Shown here: positions 51,203 through 64,000 of the stretch, piece by piece
Position numbering within the stretch: the first letter of the stretch is position 1
How the letters are laid out: each line of letters starts with the position of its first letter
Assembly (NCBI GenBank): GCA_051294375.1
Contig: CM119269.1
Coordinates: 124,001 to 188,000, forward strand
Length of the DNA: 64,000 nt
Origin: Paraspadella gotoi
Lineage: Eukaryota > Animalia > Chaetognatha
Direction of reading: 5' to 3'
Notes under the pieces: generated by a model
Database searches by the model: none
What the model was told of the DNA's origin: nothing
Seen by the model: only the letters and a program-made list of their open reading frames with translations
Made by a program: the position numbers and the translations under genes

Positions 51203-52928
51203 ATTAAATTCAAGTTCCGGTCCAACCTCCTCAAAGAATGATTTACGTGGTCCATCGTTCGAGCTTTCTGCTGATGTCCATTCTGCACGTTTTGACTGAG
51301 ACCCATCAATTCTTTCAACGAGAATATCGACTGGTGGACCACGTCATCTCTACCATCATCTTGAGATATCACGCCAATCGAGACGAGATCCACCAGGGAT
51401 AAATTAATAAGGGATAGTTCAAAACAGTTTAACACTAGACCCAGATTTTTTAGTAGAATTCACGCTGATCTGATAGTTTTGAGCAAAAATCGTCAATATT
51501 TTACCAAGAATAAATATATAATAGTAGTCGCGAGAGATATACTATTACACCTTCTGGCCATCTTGATAAGGTTTGCGGACACTCGAAACTCAAAAAATTT
51601 ATCAGTTTATCACGATAGCCAGAAAGAACGCCGTCGTAACGATTTTCTAGCTGTTGATTATCACTCTGTGAAACCGCCAGCTGCGTTTTGATTTCGGCGG
51701 ATCGTTTAGCCGATTGTTTAGCTGACTGAGGCGTGGTCACAGTTTGACCATACCTTGACCAAGATAAAAGATTCGCGCCGCTCGAAATCGANNNNNNNNN
51801 NNNNNNNNNNNNNNNNNNNNNNNNNNNNNNNNNNNNNNNNNNNNNNNNNNNNNNNNNNNNNNNNNNNNNNNNNNNNNNNNNNNNNNNNNNNCACTTTATC
51901 TTTTTTTATTTTGTGAGGGCATCCGGTGCATTTAAAGAAAAAAATTAATTGAATTGTTCTAATTATTAATGCGACATCACTGCTGAGTAAAGCTCTGCAA
52001 AGTGAAGGCCGAATTCCGATTATCTTCAAAGTTGTACTTATAATTACAAACACTTTATTTCAATAAATGAAATAATGATCACCCGGATTCGATCCCGGGA
52101 CCTTTTAACCAATTTCGGTACTTACCAAATAGATATTCAATTTTTACCTTAAATATTAACATAATCATGTTAAGAGCTTGAAAAGTTAGATGAAGGTTAT
52201 TATTAAAACTTTTTAAAATTTTAATGATTTATCTATGAAAATTAACAAAAACTATAAAATTTAATGAATGATGATGATGATGATTTTTTAAGGTTTTTTT
52301 AAATTTTAACCCATTTATCATTAAAATTTGTAAAATATTTAGTACTAACCTTTATCTAACTTATTAATCTTTATCAGAATCCATTTTTAAAAATTTAAAT
52401 TTCTTTAAAATTTTTTTAAGTATCTCTTATATATTGTTAAATATTAAAATGCTTCCATGCTTGAGGAAAATTAATTTATTCAAAATATAACAACATAAGT
52501 CAATTTGGTTGAAAAAGGACAAAAGATGTCCGTCCCACCTTAGCGAAAAACACCAATTACTCGTGATTGGATGGATAGATTGGACTGAAATTTTGTGTGT
52601 GGGTAGAAAAGTGTGTGATTAACTGATTAATTAATCAAATAATTAATCAGTTAATTAATCAATTAGTCAATTAATTTATCAAGAATTAATTTATCCGTCA
52701 ATTAATCAATCAAAACAAACATTTCAGATTAATTAATTAATTGCCTAATTAATTAAATATGTAATAATAATTTTTTTAAGCTCCATCAGAATCCGTTTTT
52801 AAAAATTGTATCTCTGGGGGAATCTCTAACCTTATTTATATTACAGAACTCTTAGTTTTTACCTACTATGTCAAACTCTTCAATTCAAAAAGTTATTATT
52901 TTCGACTTAACAAAAAATAATAGAATTG

Positions 52929-53042
52929 TGTAGTGGTAGTATTTCATACCCCACTACTCGTCCGAGAATCAGCAGCACCTATGGCGCCATAGGTGCTGCT
53001 GATTCTCGGATGAGTAGCGGGGTATGAAATACTACTGCTACA
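52929..53042. repeat. 114-bp loop-less palindrome
   Basis: 57-bp arms centred on GGCGCC (52983-52988); 4 mismatches, all transitions. Confidence 0.95.
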
Positions 53043-53667
53043 ATCGTTACATTATTTACATAACAATAACCTAATTATATTCCTGCCAGTTTGAGATTAA
53101 TCTAATTAATAATTTTTAATTAATTAATTAATTTATTAAATTAATTAATAAATTAATCTAATTATATTCCTGCAGACGAACATATCGCCAGTTTGAGATC
53201 AATCCTGAGAAACATTCAAGGACTCGGATCTGATGGCTGTCGAAAAGGTTATTGAGAATGAAATGGAAAAACGTGAAGACGCAATCAAAGACGATGATGA
53301 CGATGATGAAACCCGACGCTTTGGGGCCGGGGTTCCCCCCCGAAGAAAAACACGCAAAGAGGAATTCCGCGCAAAAGTTTTTCAGACAAAGATTTTTAAG
53401 TGGAAATGGATGCGCATGCAGAACAAGAGGAAGAATACCAAGTGGAAGAAGAGGAAGAATACCAAGTGGAAGAAGAGGAAGAAGAAGGAGAATGAGACTT
53501 TTTCGCGGTTGAGGAAGAAGAAACACGACGTCGAATTCATCAAGTAGTTAAAGAGAAATAAATTAATAAAAGAATAATAAGAAAATTAGAATATTTGTTT
53601 TCTGCATTTACAAATTATTATTGCTATGGTTTTTGGCATTGGTATTGTATGTGTGTATTCTATTACA

Positions 53668-54726
53668 CGGTAGAAGTAGTATAAGTAGTCATTTGCAAAC
53701 CAGTGGTTATTTCATTGATTTTAAAATTTAGTTGAGTAGAAAATACTAAAACTATTTATGTGTTAAAATTTTATATTGATCAGTTAAGATATGCCTTGAC
53801 AATGAGTAGAGAAAATTGGCTTTTCAAAATGGGTTTCATTTTCCAACTCACTGTTTTTAAATTCAATTTTTTTGGGAACTTTTAGCACTTTTTTAAACAA
53901 AGTATTTATTAAAATATTAACAATATTAATGTCCGAAGAAAGCCCTTAAAAATATAAAGAGAAATATATACTTACGAATAATTTAATTCGGATAATCAAA
54001 AATGAGATGTCTTTTTAAAAATCAATAGCTGGAGAGTAAATTTATGATTTTTATCAAATTGTGATTGGCTATCTTAAATCTTTTTTTTCAGGCTCTTTGA
54101 TGATACTTATATAAATAATAATTGTTTTTGTTTTAATAATTTAAACTGGTCATATATTTGCAAAGAAGATTTCATGGTAATTATCCTTTCTTTTCGTGTG
54201 TTTGAGAGATTAACCAAAGTTTTGATTTTATTTTTGCAACAAATTTATTTTACAAGAGCAGACAGTTTTCGGCTCGTATTGTGAGCCGAAACATGTCTGC
54301 TCTTGTAAAATAAAATTCGTTGCAAAATAAAATCAACTTTGAAAAAGAATTAAAAATTTTAAATAATTCACTTTGACACCTCTAATGAACCAAGGCTGGG
54401 CAGCTTACTTTTTATGTTAAGCTTTCGTAAGTATATAATCTCTTCATATTTTAAGGGCTTTCTGCGGATATTAATATTGTTAATATTTTTATAAATACTT
54501 TGTTTAAAAAAAGTGCTAAAAGTTCAAAAAAATTGATAATTTAAAAACAGTGAGTTGGAAAATGAAACCTAATTGAAAGCAGCAACTTTCTCCACTCATT
54601 GTCAAGGCATACTTTACTGACAATATAAAATTTTAACACATAAATCAGTTTTAGTATTTTTACTCAACTAATTTTAAAATCAATGAAATAACCACTGGTT
54701 TGCAACATGACAGCATATTTCTACCG
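53668..54726. mobile_element. MITE/foldback-like element with ~300-bp inverted arms
   Basis: 53668-53978 is the reverse complement of 54424-54726 (e.g. GCAAACCAGTGGTTATTTCATTGA / TCAATGAAATAACCACTGGTTTGC); no ORF; no clear TSD. Confidence 0.7.
54215..54341. repeat. Palindrome made of two head-to-head PLE-type hammerhead 3' halves
   Basis: Centre GGCTC-gtattgt-GAGCC; right arm GAGCC-GAAA-CATG-TC...AATAAA mirrors the AAGCC/GAGTC-GAAA-CATG-TA...AATAAA ends of the other two hammerheads. Confidence 0.7.
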
Positions 54727-57700
54727 GCGCTTTGAAAATTGTCACCATGTATATGCACATTTAAAAGTTTTATATCTTCTTTTAAGTTCTAAATATTTTT
54801 TTATTGTGAAATTTTTAAGTTAATTTTTTTTTTTAATATGAATGAAAAAAAGTTCTAAAACTTTATTTGGAAGCCGAGAAAGTTGGTCTTATTTTTATTT
54901 TGTTTTTGCATATTTTTATGAAGAAATTCCTACACTTATTCAAACTAAATTTAAAGTTATTTACTGAAGTGATAATTGCCATGCATTAAATAAAATAATA
55001 TTTTTAGCTTAAAACTATAAAAAGTTGAAAAGTTTTCTTATCGTAAATAATTATTGTCACTTTTATTAGCTGTTGTAACCTGCTTAGTAGATCAGTCCTA
55101 AATCCGGGGGTTTTGATGGTATGCAAGTCTTAATTGTAATAAATAATTGGAGAAATGTTTCTTTGTTTTAAAAAGTCAATAGTCATTTCTTAGTAAAATT
55201 ACAAACAATTTTTACAAATTTTCTATCTCTTAATTGCAGCTATTTGTGTTTGTCGACTTATTTATTTGACCCTGCAAAAAGCTAGTCTATTTTTATCAGT
55301 TAAGTAATTGTTGAATAAACTTACATAAAACCATTTTACATTATAACATAAAAACAAAAAAACTAAAAGATAATGAAAAAGAAAGAAAGAAAAAAAGAAA
55401 GAAAGAAAGAAAGAAAAGAACCAGAAAGAAAGAAAGCAAAGAACAGAAAGAAAAAAATAAAGAAACAAACAAGACAAGAAAGAAAGAAAAAAAGAAAAGA
55501 AAGAAAGAAAGAAACAGAAAAGAAAGAAAAGAATGAAAAAAAGCTTTTATGGCAGTCAAATGCAAATGAAATCTTTTTTGACTGATGAATGTCAGAAACA
55601 TCCGTCAAGTCTCTCCTCTCTCCTTCTCTCCCTCTCTCTTCTCCTCTTTTTTTTCTCTCTACTATCTCGCCTAAATTACCATTCAATCAATCCATCATAC
55701 ATTTTCCTCAAGTCTCATCATTCAACTTCTTTTGATCCGATTAATCTTTACCATATAAGATATAAAAGTACATATTTATGAAAAGGTCATATTACTTTAA
55801 GATCATGCAAAAATGAAAATGTAAAAATGTAAAAAGTAGTTTAGGGAATAAAAAAAACTATCTGTAACTTTTTAAACGCGTGGAACCAGTATTGAGTTTT
55901 GTAACACAGAAGTTGGAATGTCCTCAACAAGAGAAATAAGGCTTTCTTAAGTTTTCTGCAACGTTCTGGCTTGGGATATGGAACGCAAACTTCGGGTAAA
56001 GAGTCATTCTTTACTGAGTTGTCCTTCGGGTTTGTTTTCGGGCGATTCTTAAAGTACATTTTGAAAAGTAAAATAAAATAGGAAAGAAAACTAAATTGCA
56101 GATGAAAATGAAAAAATAACAAAACTGGGACAAAAATATATTAGCACATAATAAGAAAAATCTCAAAGCCAGACAGCAAGTACAAAAAAAGAGACAGAGA
56201 ACAAAGTTGGGAAAAAAGGGAGAGACATCATAGAATAATGAATATGAAATAGACTCAAACTGAGGGCGCAATTTACTTGTAGGCCCATGAGGTCATTTCG
56301 TCTTAACGAAAAACTAAGGTTAATTTGGATAAAAATTCATATTTTAAAAACTCATTTCAACAAATTAATTTTTTTTTAAAACGTGAAAATCCAAAATTAA
56401 GAAAAACTAATGTACAGACATCTTTCAAATTGCATTCTAAGTACAGCTCGATACTAAAAACCAAGAAAAAGGAAAACAAATAATAAATCAAAAATTACTA
56501 AAAAGATTGAAAAGAGCCTCACAAACTGATAAAAAAACGTTAATGACGTAATTATGAAACCAGTTTAAGAATAGCGAAATTGAATTCAATTCAACCTTAA
56601 ACAAGTCAACTAATTGATGAAAAAAAAAAAACAAAAAAAAAACATTTAAGACTCGCAATGACAGTTCAAATCCAAAGAATGTGCTAAGCAGATGTTGTCC
56701 GGACTTATCAGATATTCTCATAGCAGAGTTTCAATATGAGTGATATGATGTGTGTTCCATTTGTCCGTTTCTCCTTATGTTGTGCTACTGTCCTTTCAAA
56801 CATTTCATTTCCTTTTGGTCACTATCCAATATATTCTCTTCACTTTGCTCTTTAATTCTCAATCTGATATCTTATCAATTTCTGATTGTTTACCTGCTGC
56901 AATCATACACAATTATTTGAATGAGGTATGCATAGGCAGTTTTAAAAAAGGTTTTAGGCGGCTTCCTTATATTTAGTTTTTCCAACTTTTCTCACTTGAT
57001 ACTCTGTTTCGTTGTTACATCCAATACCAAGACATGGAATAGTTTAAGACAGACACTACAGAGAGAGAGAAGTGACCGAAAATATGGAGGCATGAAAACA
57101 CTCTCCATAAAATGGTCTTGAGACTTTCTAATCCTTAAGAGAAACGAACGGACGCCACAATGGCAAAGAGAGCAGAAAGAGAACTCATCTATATTTATAT
57201 AGCACATATAGTAAATTTATTAAAATAGTGTCTCACAGAAACCACTAAAAAATCAGAATTAACCCACTTGGGCCTAATATCGACGGATAAAAGAGAGACA
57301 AGAGGAATTAATCGATAAAATAGTAGGATTTTTTTAAGCTACCGCTACAAAAGTTGGTTAAAGTTATACTGAGTACAGCTAACAAAACAGTTGAGTGGGT
57401 TCCGCGCCAACGAAGATTGAAACTTAGGCAACGAAAAAGTGGTAATGCGAGTTCGAGCAGGAGAGACGGAGTCAGTATGGCCTTGTCCCTTAAACTTATG
57501 GATATGCCGTAACGCTTTGGCCGCGGAATTCGTCCATACAACCAATAATTATAAGAATTCCTCCTTAACTCTTAAATCAACTAATTTAAAAAAGAAACCA
57601 AAAACACCAGTAATTTATAATTATGGTAATTAAAAAAATTTAGATTTGGTTATGCAACAAAAAACATTAACACAAGGTACATGACCAACGATTTAAAAAC

Positions 57701-58951
57701 AATGGGATTCTTTTACATAAATTTCCAAATCTCAAAATTGATGAATGTAATGAATTAACGGAATAAGACACAATATATAACATTCAGAATTTTTTTAATT
57801 ATGCAAAACCAAAAAGTCACGAAATCTTTACGAGATAAGACCTATTTCAATGTAAAATTTTTTGCTCAAATTATTAATAATTTAATATTGTACACTTTTT
57901 CTTATGGTTCTATTGCAGCCGCTCTCAGACCGCTGAGAAAATATGTCCCGCACCCTGTCCCTTCTCTTAAATATTCCTATCTCACATTGATGTATTTGAT
58001 ATCCTTCCTCCTCCTTAGAGTTGTCACTTGAATATTAACACGGACCGGGTTTAGAACACTGCGGAACCATCGGGTTAACAAGAGGAAGCGTTATAGTACC
58101 AGATGCGCTCACATTACAGTATAGCAACGATGTTTACAAAACCTACACGAAATATTCAATTTCATTTATTAAATCTATATTTCTCCTTCTTTTCCATAGT
58201 TCATTCAATTATCTACATATTTCTTTGATCAATTCTATTCTCTCTCTTCACTTCCTTAACTAATATATTATGTTTCTTTCCTTTTTTCCTTTATTGTTGC
58301 TCGCCGCTAAAACCGACCTTCTACTTTAATTTTCTTCCATCCAAAACCAATAACCGCAAACACCAAATTCCCATCTTCTCTCTATACTATATTCTCTTAT
58401 TCTCAAAAACCGACAGGAGACAACGACACTCTTTATGTATTCCAAGACTTGGAACCTCATCAAAATCTGATGTACTTTTGCCTTGTTTCATCTTTTGCAA
58501 TGCTGCTTGCCTTCCTTATACAAATCCTCGCTATTACAACATATATATGAGATCGATTTAATGATTTTTAATACTTACATCCGCCGCTGTCACGTTTTCT
58601 TTCCACACCCTTACCTCCATTCTCTCTCATGACATTCTTTACCTGAGATGAACTTACTTATCCGCACCCCAAGTTCGTTTTCCTAACGACTTCAATTGCC
58701 GCCGCGCCGGCCGCCGCCCCCCGCCGCCGCCGCGCCGCCCGCGAGCCGCCTTTTGTTTCCATCCTTTGTTTTTCGTTTGTTTTTCTATCGTAAACAAAAC
58801 AATTTGTAGGCGAAATTACATCTCTGTGTTTCGTGTTTGTTTTGTTACTCGGTTAATGTTTTAGAAAATTTTCTCCCTTTACGGACTTCGGAGTCCGGAC
58901 TTGAATACTCGTAAAAAAAGGGGAGGAAAAGTGACACACAGAGAGAAGGAG

Positions 58952-58996
<45 letters not shown>

Positions 58997-61900
58997 TGAA
59001 ATGGCGAATAACAATGGAGGCGGAATTTTTAAGAATAGAAATTCTTCTTTCCCCGAAATTTTGATTTTTTTTTTCTGAATTCGAATTTTTTTCGAATTGA
59101 AAAATAAAAAAAATATGGTTATGCATTTGGTTTAGACTAAACAATGAAATGAAAAATGTTTAAGAATGAAGGCAGCGAAAACAATATGAGAAGAAATTAT
59201 GAAAGAGAGAAGAAGAGATAGAGGGAGAAAGAGAGAAGAGAAACGAAGAGATAGGAGAGGAGAGAGAGAAAGAGAAGAAAGAGTGAAAGAAAATATAGAT
59301 AAAAGAAATAAAAGCAAGAAAGGGAAATTGCTAGAAATCTTCACCCCCGCCATAGAATGTCCTTTTCAAGCTCGTGAGGCAGGTGGCCTCAATCAATATA
59401 TGACCATCAGGTATGGAGAATGATACCCAATGGGCCTAGCCTTCCTGCAACAGCACCTATATGGAAATACATGCCGAGCCACGAGCAGCGGCACAGATCC
59501 CACAGGGATATAGACAAGACTTCAGAGATAAAAACGTAATATATCACTCACAATTGAAATTATTTTAAACGATTTCATCTCAAAAATTTAAAAGGAAGAT
59601 AAACTAAAAACGAAAAAAAAAAAATGAGAAATTTTAAAGGTCAAAAATCAAAATCACAATCAAATCATTTTCAGAGAGAAAAACGACAATAACAAAAAGA
59701 GAAAAGACAATAGTAAAAATAACAATAAGAGTCGAAACGAAATCGAGTGACAGTTAACTATATTGACCTTAAGTCGTAGGTCACGATTTAGGTAAGTTTA
59801 AGAGACGTTAAGGTTGTTTGTGTTGTCGTTGTTAGTTGATTGATTTGTTGGTGTGTTGTCGTACCTTAGAGAGTTCTTCAGGTATTTTTACCGAGCACGA
59901 AGTCATCGGTAGATTTCAATAAATACTGGAATATTTCCAGAGGTCTATTGGTGCTACCTGACACGATATAAGAGAACGAAAAATATCAGGATGTTCAATT
60001 TTGATGAATTCTGTAGGTACGCCCGTTTTCCTCTATATTTTCGTATTTACCTTTAGCATAAGCTGCGGCTCATCTCGTCGGTCAAGCTCATATCTATCTC
60101 TCCTCTGCTCCTCAGTCAATGATAGGGTGAGGATCAGTTTTCTTCATCTTCTCGTCTTCTACACTCTGCATTGCGAATATAAGTATACTTTAGGTTAATT
60201 ATTCCATAGAAAGTTGGTTTCTTTGATGTAAGGAACCGAGAATTCATTAAGAGTGCTCTAGTGATGATGAGTATATTGTCTTGATTCACATTATGACGTA
60301 CTTGTTTTACAATGTGATTATATTTATTGTTACACCAGAGATATGTTTGACAGCGTAAAAGAACTTTTAAATTCCAAATTCCTATAAGTTCGAAAAAATA
60401 TAGTTTAACAAAATATAGTCGCGATCCTCGTTGGTAATAGTATTGAATATGATTAATTAATGGTGTAGAATTTGGACGCGCTTTGTTTGTCTGTGGTGGG
60501 GTTTTTCAACGCAATCATTTAAACTTTGTTGTGTATTAGGAATTAGTTTTTAGTGATGCTTCCGTGTAGTTATTCTGGATATCTAAACCTTGTTGAATTC
60601 TGAATAGTTAACGTCTTATATTAACGAATTTTATGATGCACAGTTTATCAATGGTGAAATAACAATATCCGTGATCTATTTATGAAAATCTCTTAAGAAA
60701 GCTTAGTTGTACATAGTCAATCATTATTGAATGTTGTATTTACTAACTATTTAGTAAATTACTTATCACTAATTCATATGGCATTACGTAGTACGAGTTT
60801 GATGTATCGGTTACAAAATGATTGAAATAGCAGAAATAGAAAAATAGAAATATAAGAAAGAAGAAAGAGAATGAAAAAAAGAAAAATAATGGATGTAATC
60901 TATGTGAGAAGGAAAGGAAAAATAGTAAAAGGAGGAGAGAGTATGGAAAAGAATTCTTCGTCCAATAGTTTCAGTCTAATCTTAAGTTAAGGCCTACTCG
61001 CAGGCAGAAATCGTTCTCTCGGTCAACAGTTGGCATCGAGACGCTGGGCTATACACTGCGATGCCGGCAGTACTGCGACCGATCAATGCTTTGCAATCTG
61101 GTCACGCATGCGCACTTGTTAACTCGGACCAATGATCGTACACTCGCACCAGGCATTTCTATTGCTTACTAACATGTGGGCGTCGTTATACGCTGCTACT
61201 TGACTGACGTTTGTGGTTTGTACTATTGCAGCGGCTTATGCAGACAATGCAGTGTCCGCGCGCTCGAGGTCGAATTCTGTCCTCCGGCGCATACTGACAC
61301 GCATGCATGATCTCCTCGAAAGCGTCCGGAGACTATGCAGTCGGGCAGATACTTTCATCGGCTCGCGTATATAGTGAGTGAGTAGCCTTCTCTCGTCGAT
61401 GGTGAGGAAGACTTCAGTGAAGGTCCGATCACCATTTCAGAGAGCAGAGAGATCAGTGAGACGGATGAGAGGAGAGAGAAGAGAGATTTTGAGTAGAGAA
61501 GAGAGAGTAGAGAGAGAAAAGTGAGTTATAAGATCCGAGAGAGAGTTGTTTGCTCAGCGGTGATACCGATATTAGGAATACAGGTGTATTCCGATCCGAT
61601 ATGAAGAGAGTTAAGAGAGAGAGATGAGATTTCTCCAGATGTCCAGATCTTGCATGCATAGTTATTATTTAATATTTTGAATGTATATATCTGTAGTCAG
61701 GGCATTGCCATATTAGTTTACATATCTGTATCATGATTCTTGTAGGTCAAATATCTGTAAGTCTGGCATTGCATAAAGTATCACCTGTAGTTTTGCCTGA
61801 TAAGCAGTAGACACCTTCAGTCGTGATCGGATGGTGGATTCATTGAGTTATAGGCATCAGTGTTCATGACCAGGTGGTTACTTAGTGAGTTGGATTATCA

Positions 61901-64000
61901 TCGGTAGCGTACCTTTGGGGTCTGTGAGATATAACCCTACAAGCCAGATTCTCTAGATTCTGCATGGACCCGTTCCATGGCTGCTAAGCATGGGGCTGTT
62001 TAATGAGCTCTGCTGAATAGGTACTTTCTTCACCCTCTTTTAGTCGGCCTTTCTCTCAACGATACCCCTATCATAATGGAATTGTTTTCTTTTTTATCTT
62101 AATTTTGCTTTTTCAGATATTTTTTCCCTTCTTCCATCTTTTCTGCTTCTTCATTTTTTCATTTTGTCACTTCTTCTTCTTTCTCTTCTTCTGTGGGATC
62201 ACAGGCGCTAAGGTGTGGCTGAAGCATGACTATTCCGTAAGCTTTCTGTAACCTTCCCTTTAGTAGATGCGCTCATTGGTGTGAACGTTTGTGTCCTAGG
62301 TGCTTTGGACATGGCCATAGGCCTTGAAGTGGGGTTGCCACGTCGCCGCCAAGGCGGGCTTAGCGGCCGTCACTCCACGCTGCGCAGGGAGGTACGCTCG
62401 GGTTGTGGAAGGCTTGAGCCCGGTACCGCTTAGTGGTCATCGAAGCAGTGTCGAGCTTTAACTCAATGAGGGCCCTGGGTCAGACTGAGAAGGTGTGCAT
62501 GCTTAGGTAGGCGGGGTGATCGCCTTAGGCATGCCCGGACCTTCGACACTTCTTCCAGATCCTTTTCCTTCTTGTTCCTTTTCTCTCTTGCCTTTCCATC
62601 TTTTCCCTCCTCTCTCACTCTTCTCTGCTATTCTTTTTCTCACTCTGCGTCAGATTCATCATTTCTTTTCTTTTTATCGTTCGCGGTTTGCGCTCATCTA
62701 CTTATCTCTCTCTCGCTCTCTTCTCTCTCATCTTGCTCTCTCTCTCCTACCTCCATCTCTATCCACTCGCACTTGTGCGTGCTCTCGTAAACTTTTTATT
62801 TCTTTCCCTGCTTGTTGTGTCAAATTTTGTGTTTTTTCTTTTTTAGATCTAAAAAAGTGTTATTTTATCCTGTTTTTTTCTGTCAAGTGTTTTGCTCCCC
62901 AAAATTGTTGTCATTCGAGTGTTGATGTACCTGTCTGTGATATAAGGTAAGTAATCCGAAGGAGAGAGAGAAAAGAGGAATGAGAAAGAGGAATATGAGA
63001 GACGCAGACAACAACAACTACACTAATGTCTACGGTCTTGCCCGGGGACTATGAAAAGAAGCATAAATATGTTGTAATTAAGCCGAGATTAAAATCTGGC
63101 CGGGAGAATAAGAGGTAGGAATGGAGAATGCAATGCGCTATAGTAAAAGGGGAGAAGGGAGAAGTTTGATATAGGAGAAATCGCGTTTATGCGGTAGGCA
63201 ATGAAAGACGAGATTCAAGTAGGCTTGAGCCCAAGTAAATGGTTGAATGTCTCCCGAGGTGTTAAAAGTCAATCCGTTTCGTTAGATTGTAGTAAATGTT
63301 TCATGACATTGATTACTATTGGTGCGGCATATTTTTCGTGTATTATGATCCGGGTTATACTAAAAATACGTAATTGGATAAAGGTTATAAGATTGAAGAT
63401 TAATAATAACGTGGGAAACCATGAAAGAACTCAGATGTTTTGATAATTCGGTTACACAGAATTTAATGTAAAGATTAATGAATGAATGGTCAATGATTGA
63501 AATTGCAGTGATGCGAGATTGCTTATCGAACAGAGTTCCAACTCCTAGTAATGTTCATGTTTGGTCGTCGTGCGGTCTGCTCCCCAAATCTTGTAGGGTA
63601 ATCAAATTTTTATTCAATATCAAGCGATCGAATTGTGAAATAAATGATATACAATAAATGAAATGTCGCCGCATCCAGTTCCGTTGTGTGACATGGCCCG
63701 TCCGTCCATTATGCCGTTCGTCCATGCGTCCATGACAGTAGACGTCAACTTTAAATTTGTCACGTAGCTTAATCAATTAAATGACTCCAATGTGAACTGT
63801 GTAGATTGGATGGATGTTGGATTGGAATTTAATGATATGCGTTGCTTATTGCGTGAGCCTACGGGCTGGATATAGAAGTTGAGTGGGAGAATTGAGTTTG
63901 CAGTGGAAAATGAGACCTAAGATCGTAGATGGTTGACTTGTAAATTTTTATTATTTAGGTGCTTACTCATATAATGTTATAAATTAATTAATTAAATTTA

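Noticed and set aside
52080-52105. B-box-like CCCGGATTCGATCCCGGGACC
   Set aside because: Isolated motif without a tRNA cloverleaf or A box.
125-64000. Hundreds of ORFs rich in LS/ER/F/K/V/R/D repeats, e.g. 22934-23890, 20975-22000, 11620-11910
   Set aside because: They are translations of (CT)n, (TTTC)n, (GTC)n and (AAT)n microsatellites, open in several frames and without domain signatures.
55800-64000. Possible exons (poly-Ala patch at 58700-58760, GC-richer 60990-61380, 57330-57540)
   Set aside because: The sequence looks like unpolished read data; no consistent frame or recognisable domain could be established.

Overview
Eukaryotic (animal-like), AT-rich, microsatellite-saturated DNA from a noisy, gap-filled assembly. 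Almost all listed ORFs are low-complexity artefacts. Supportable content: (1) eight phase-consistent + strand exons (5065-36784) forming the 3' part of a single-pass Ig-superfamily receptor with two similar Ig-like domains, a TM helix and a tail carrying NPDY/IYEN/TYQN motifs. (2) A 5'-truncated Penelope-like retroelement (RT + GIY-YIG) antisense in one intron, with a hammerhead ribozyme in its 3' pLTR and an inverted pLTR stub. A cleaner related hammerhead lies at 46322-46381 and a fold-back half-hammerhead at 54215-54341. (3) About 24.5 kb (6024-30529) of direct and inverted, indel-ridden recopies of this locus between 25-N gaps, most likely assembly or amplification artefact. (4) A 47.6-51.2 kb cassette: Ty3/Gypsy integrase C-terminus, a palindrome built on a CCA-ending tRNA-Lys(CTT) fragment, then a disrupted ORF resembling the fusion-loop domain of a class III viral glycoprotein (chuvirus/rhabdovirus-G-like). 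That ORF is joined across an 83-nt GT-AG intron candidate to a Thr-rich stalk, TM helix and acidic tail, and is the most novel-looking item. Also present: SINE-like, MITE/HINE-like and satellite repeats. All homology calls are by-eye motif recognition, not database searches.
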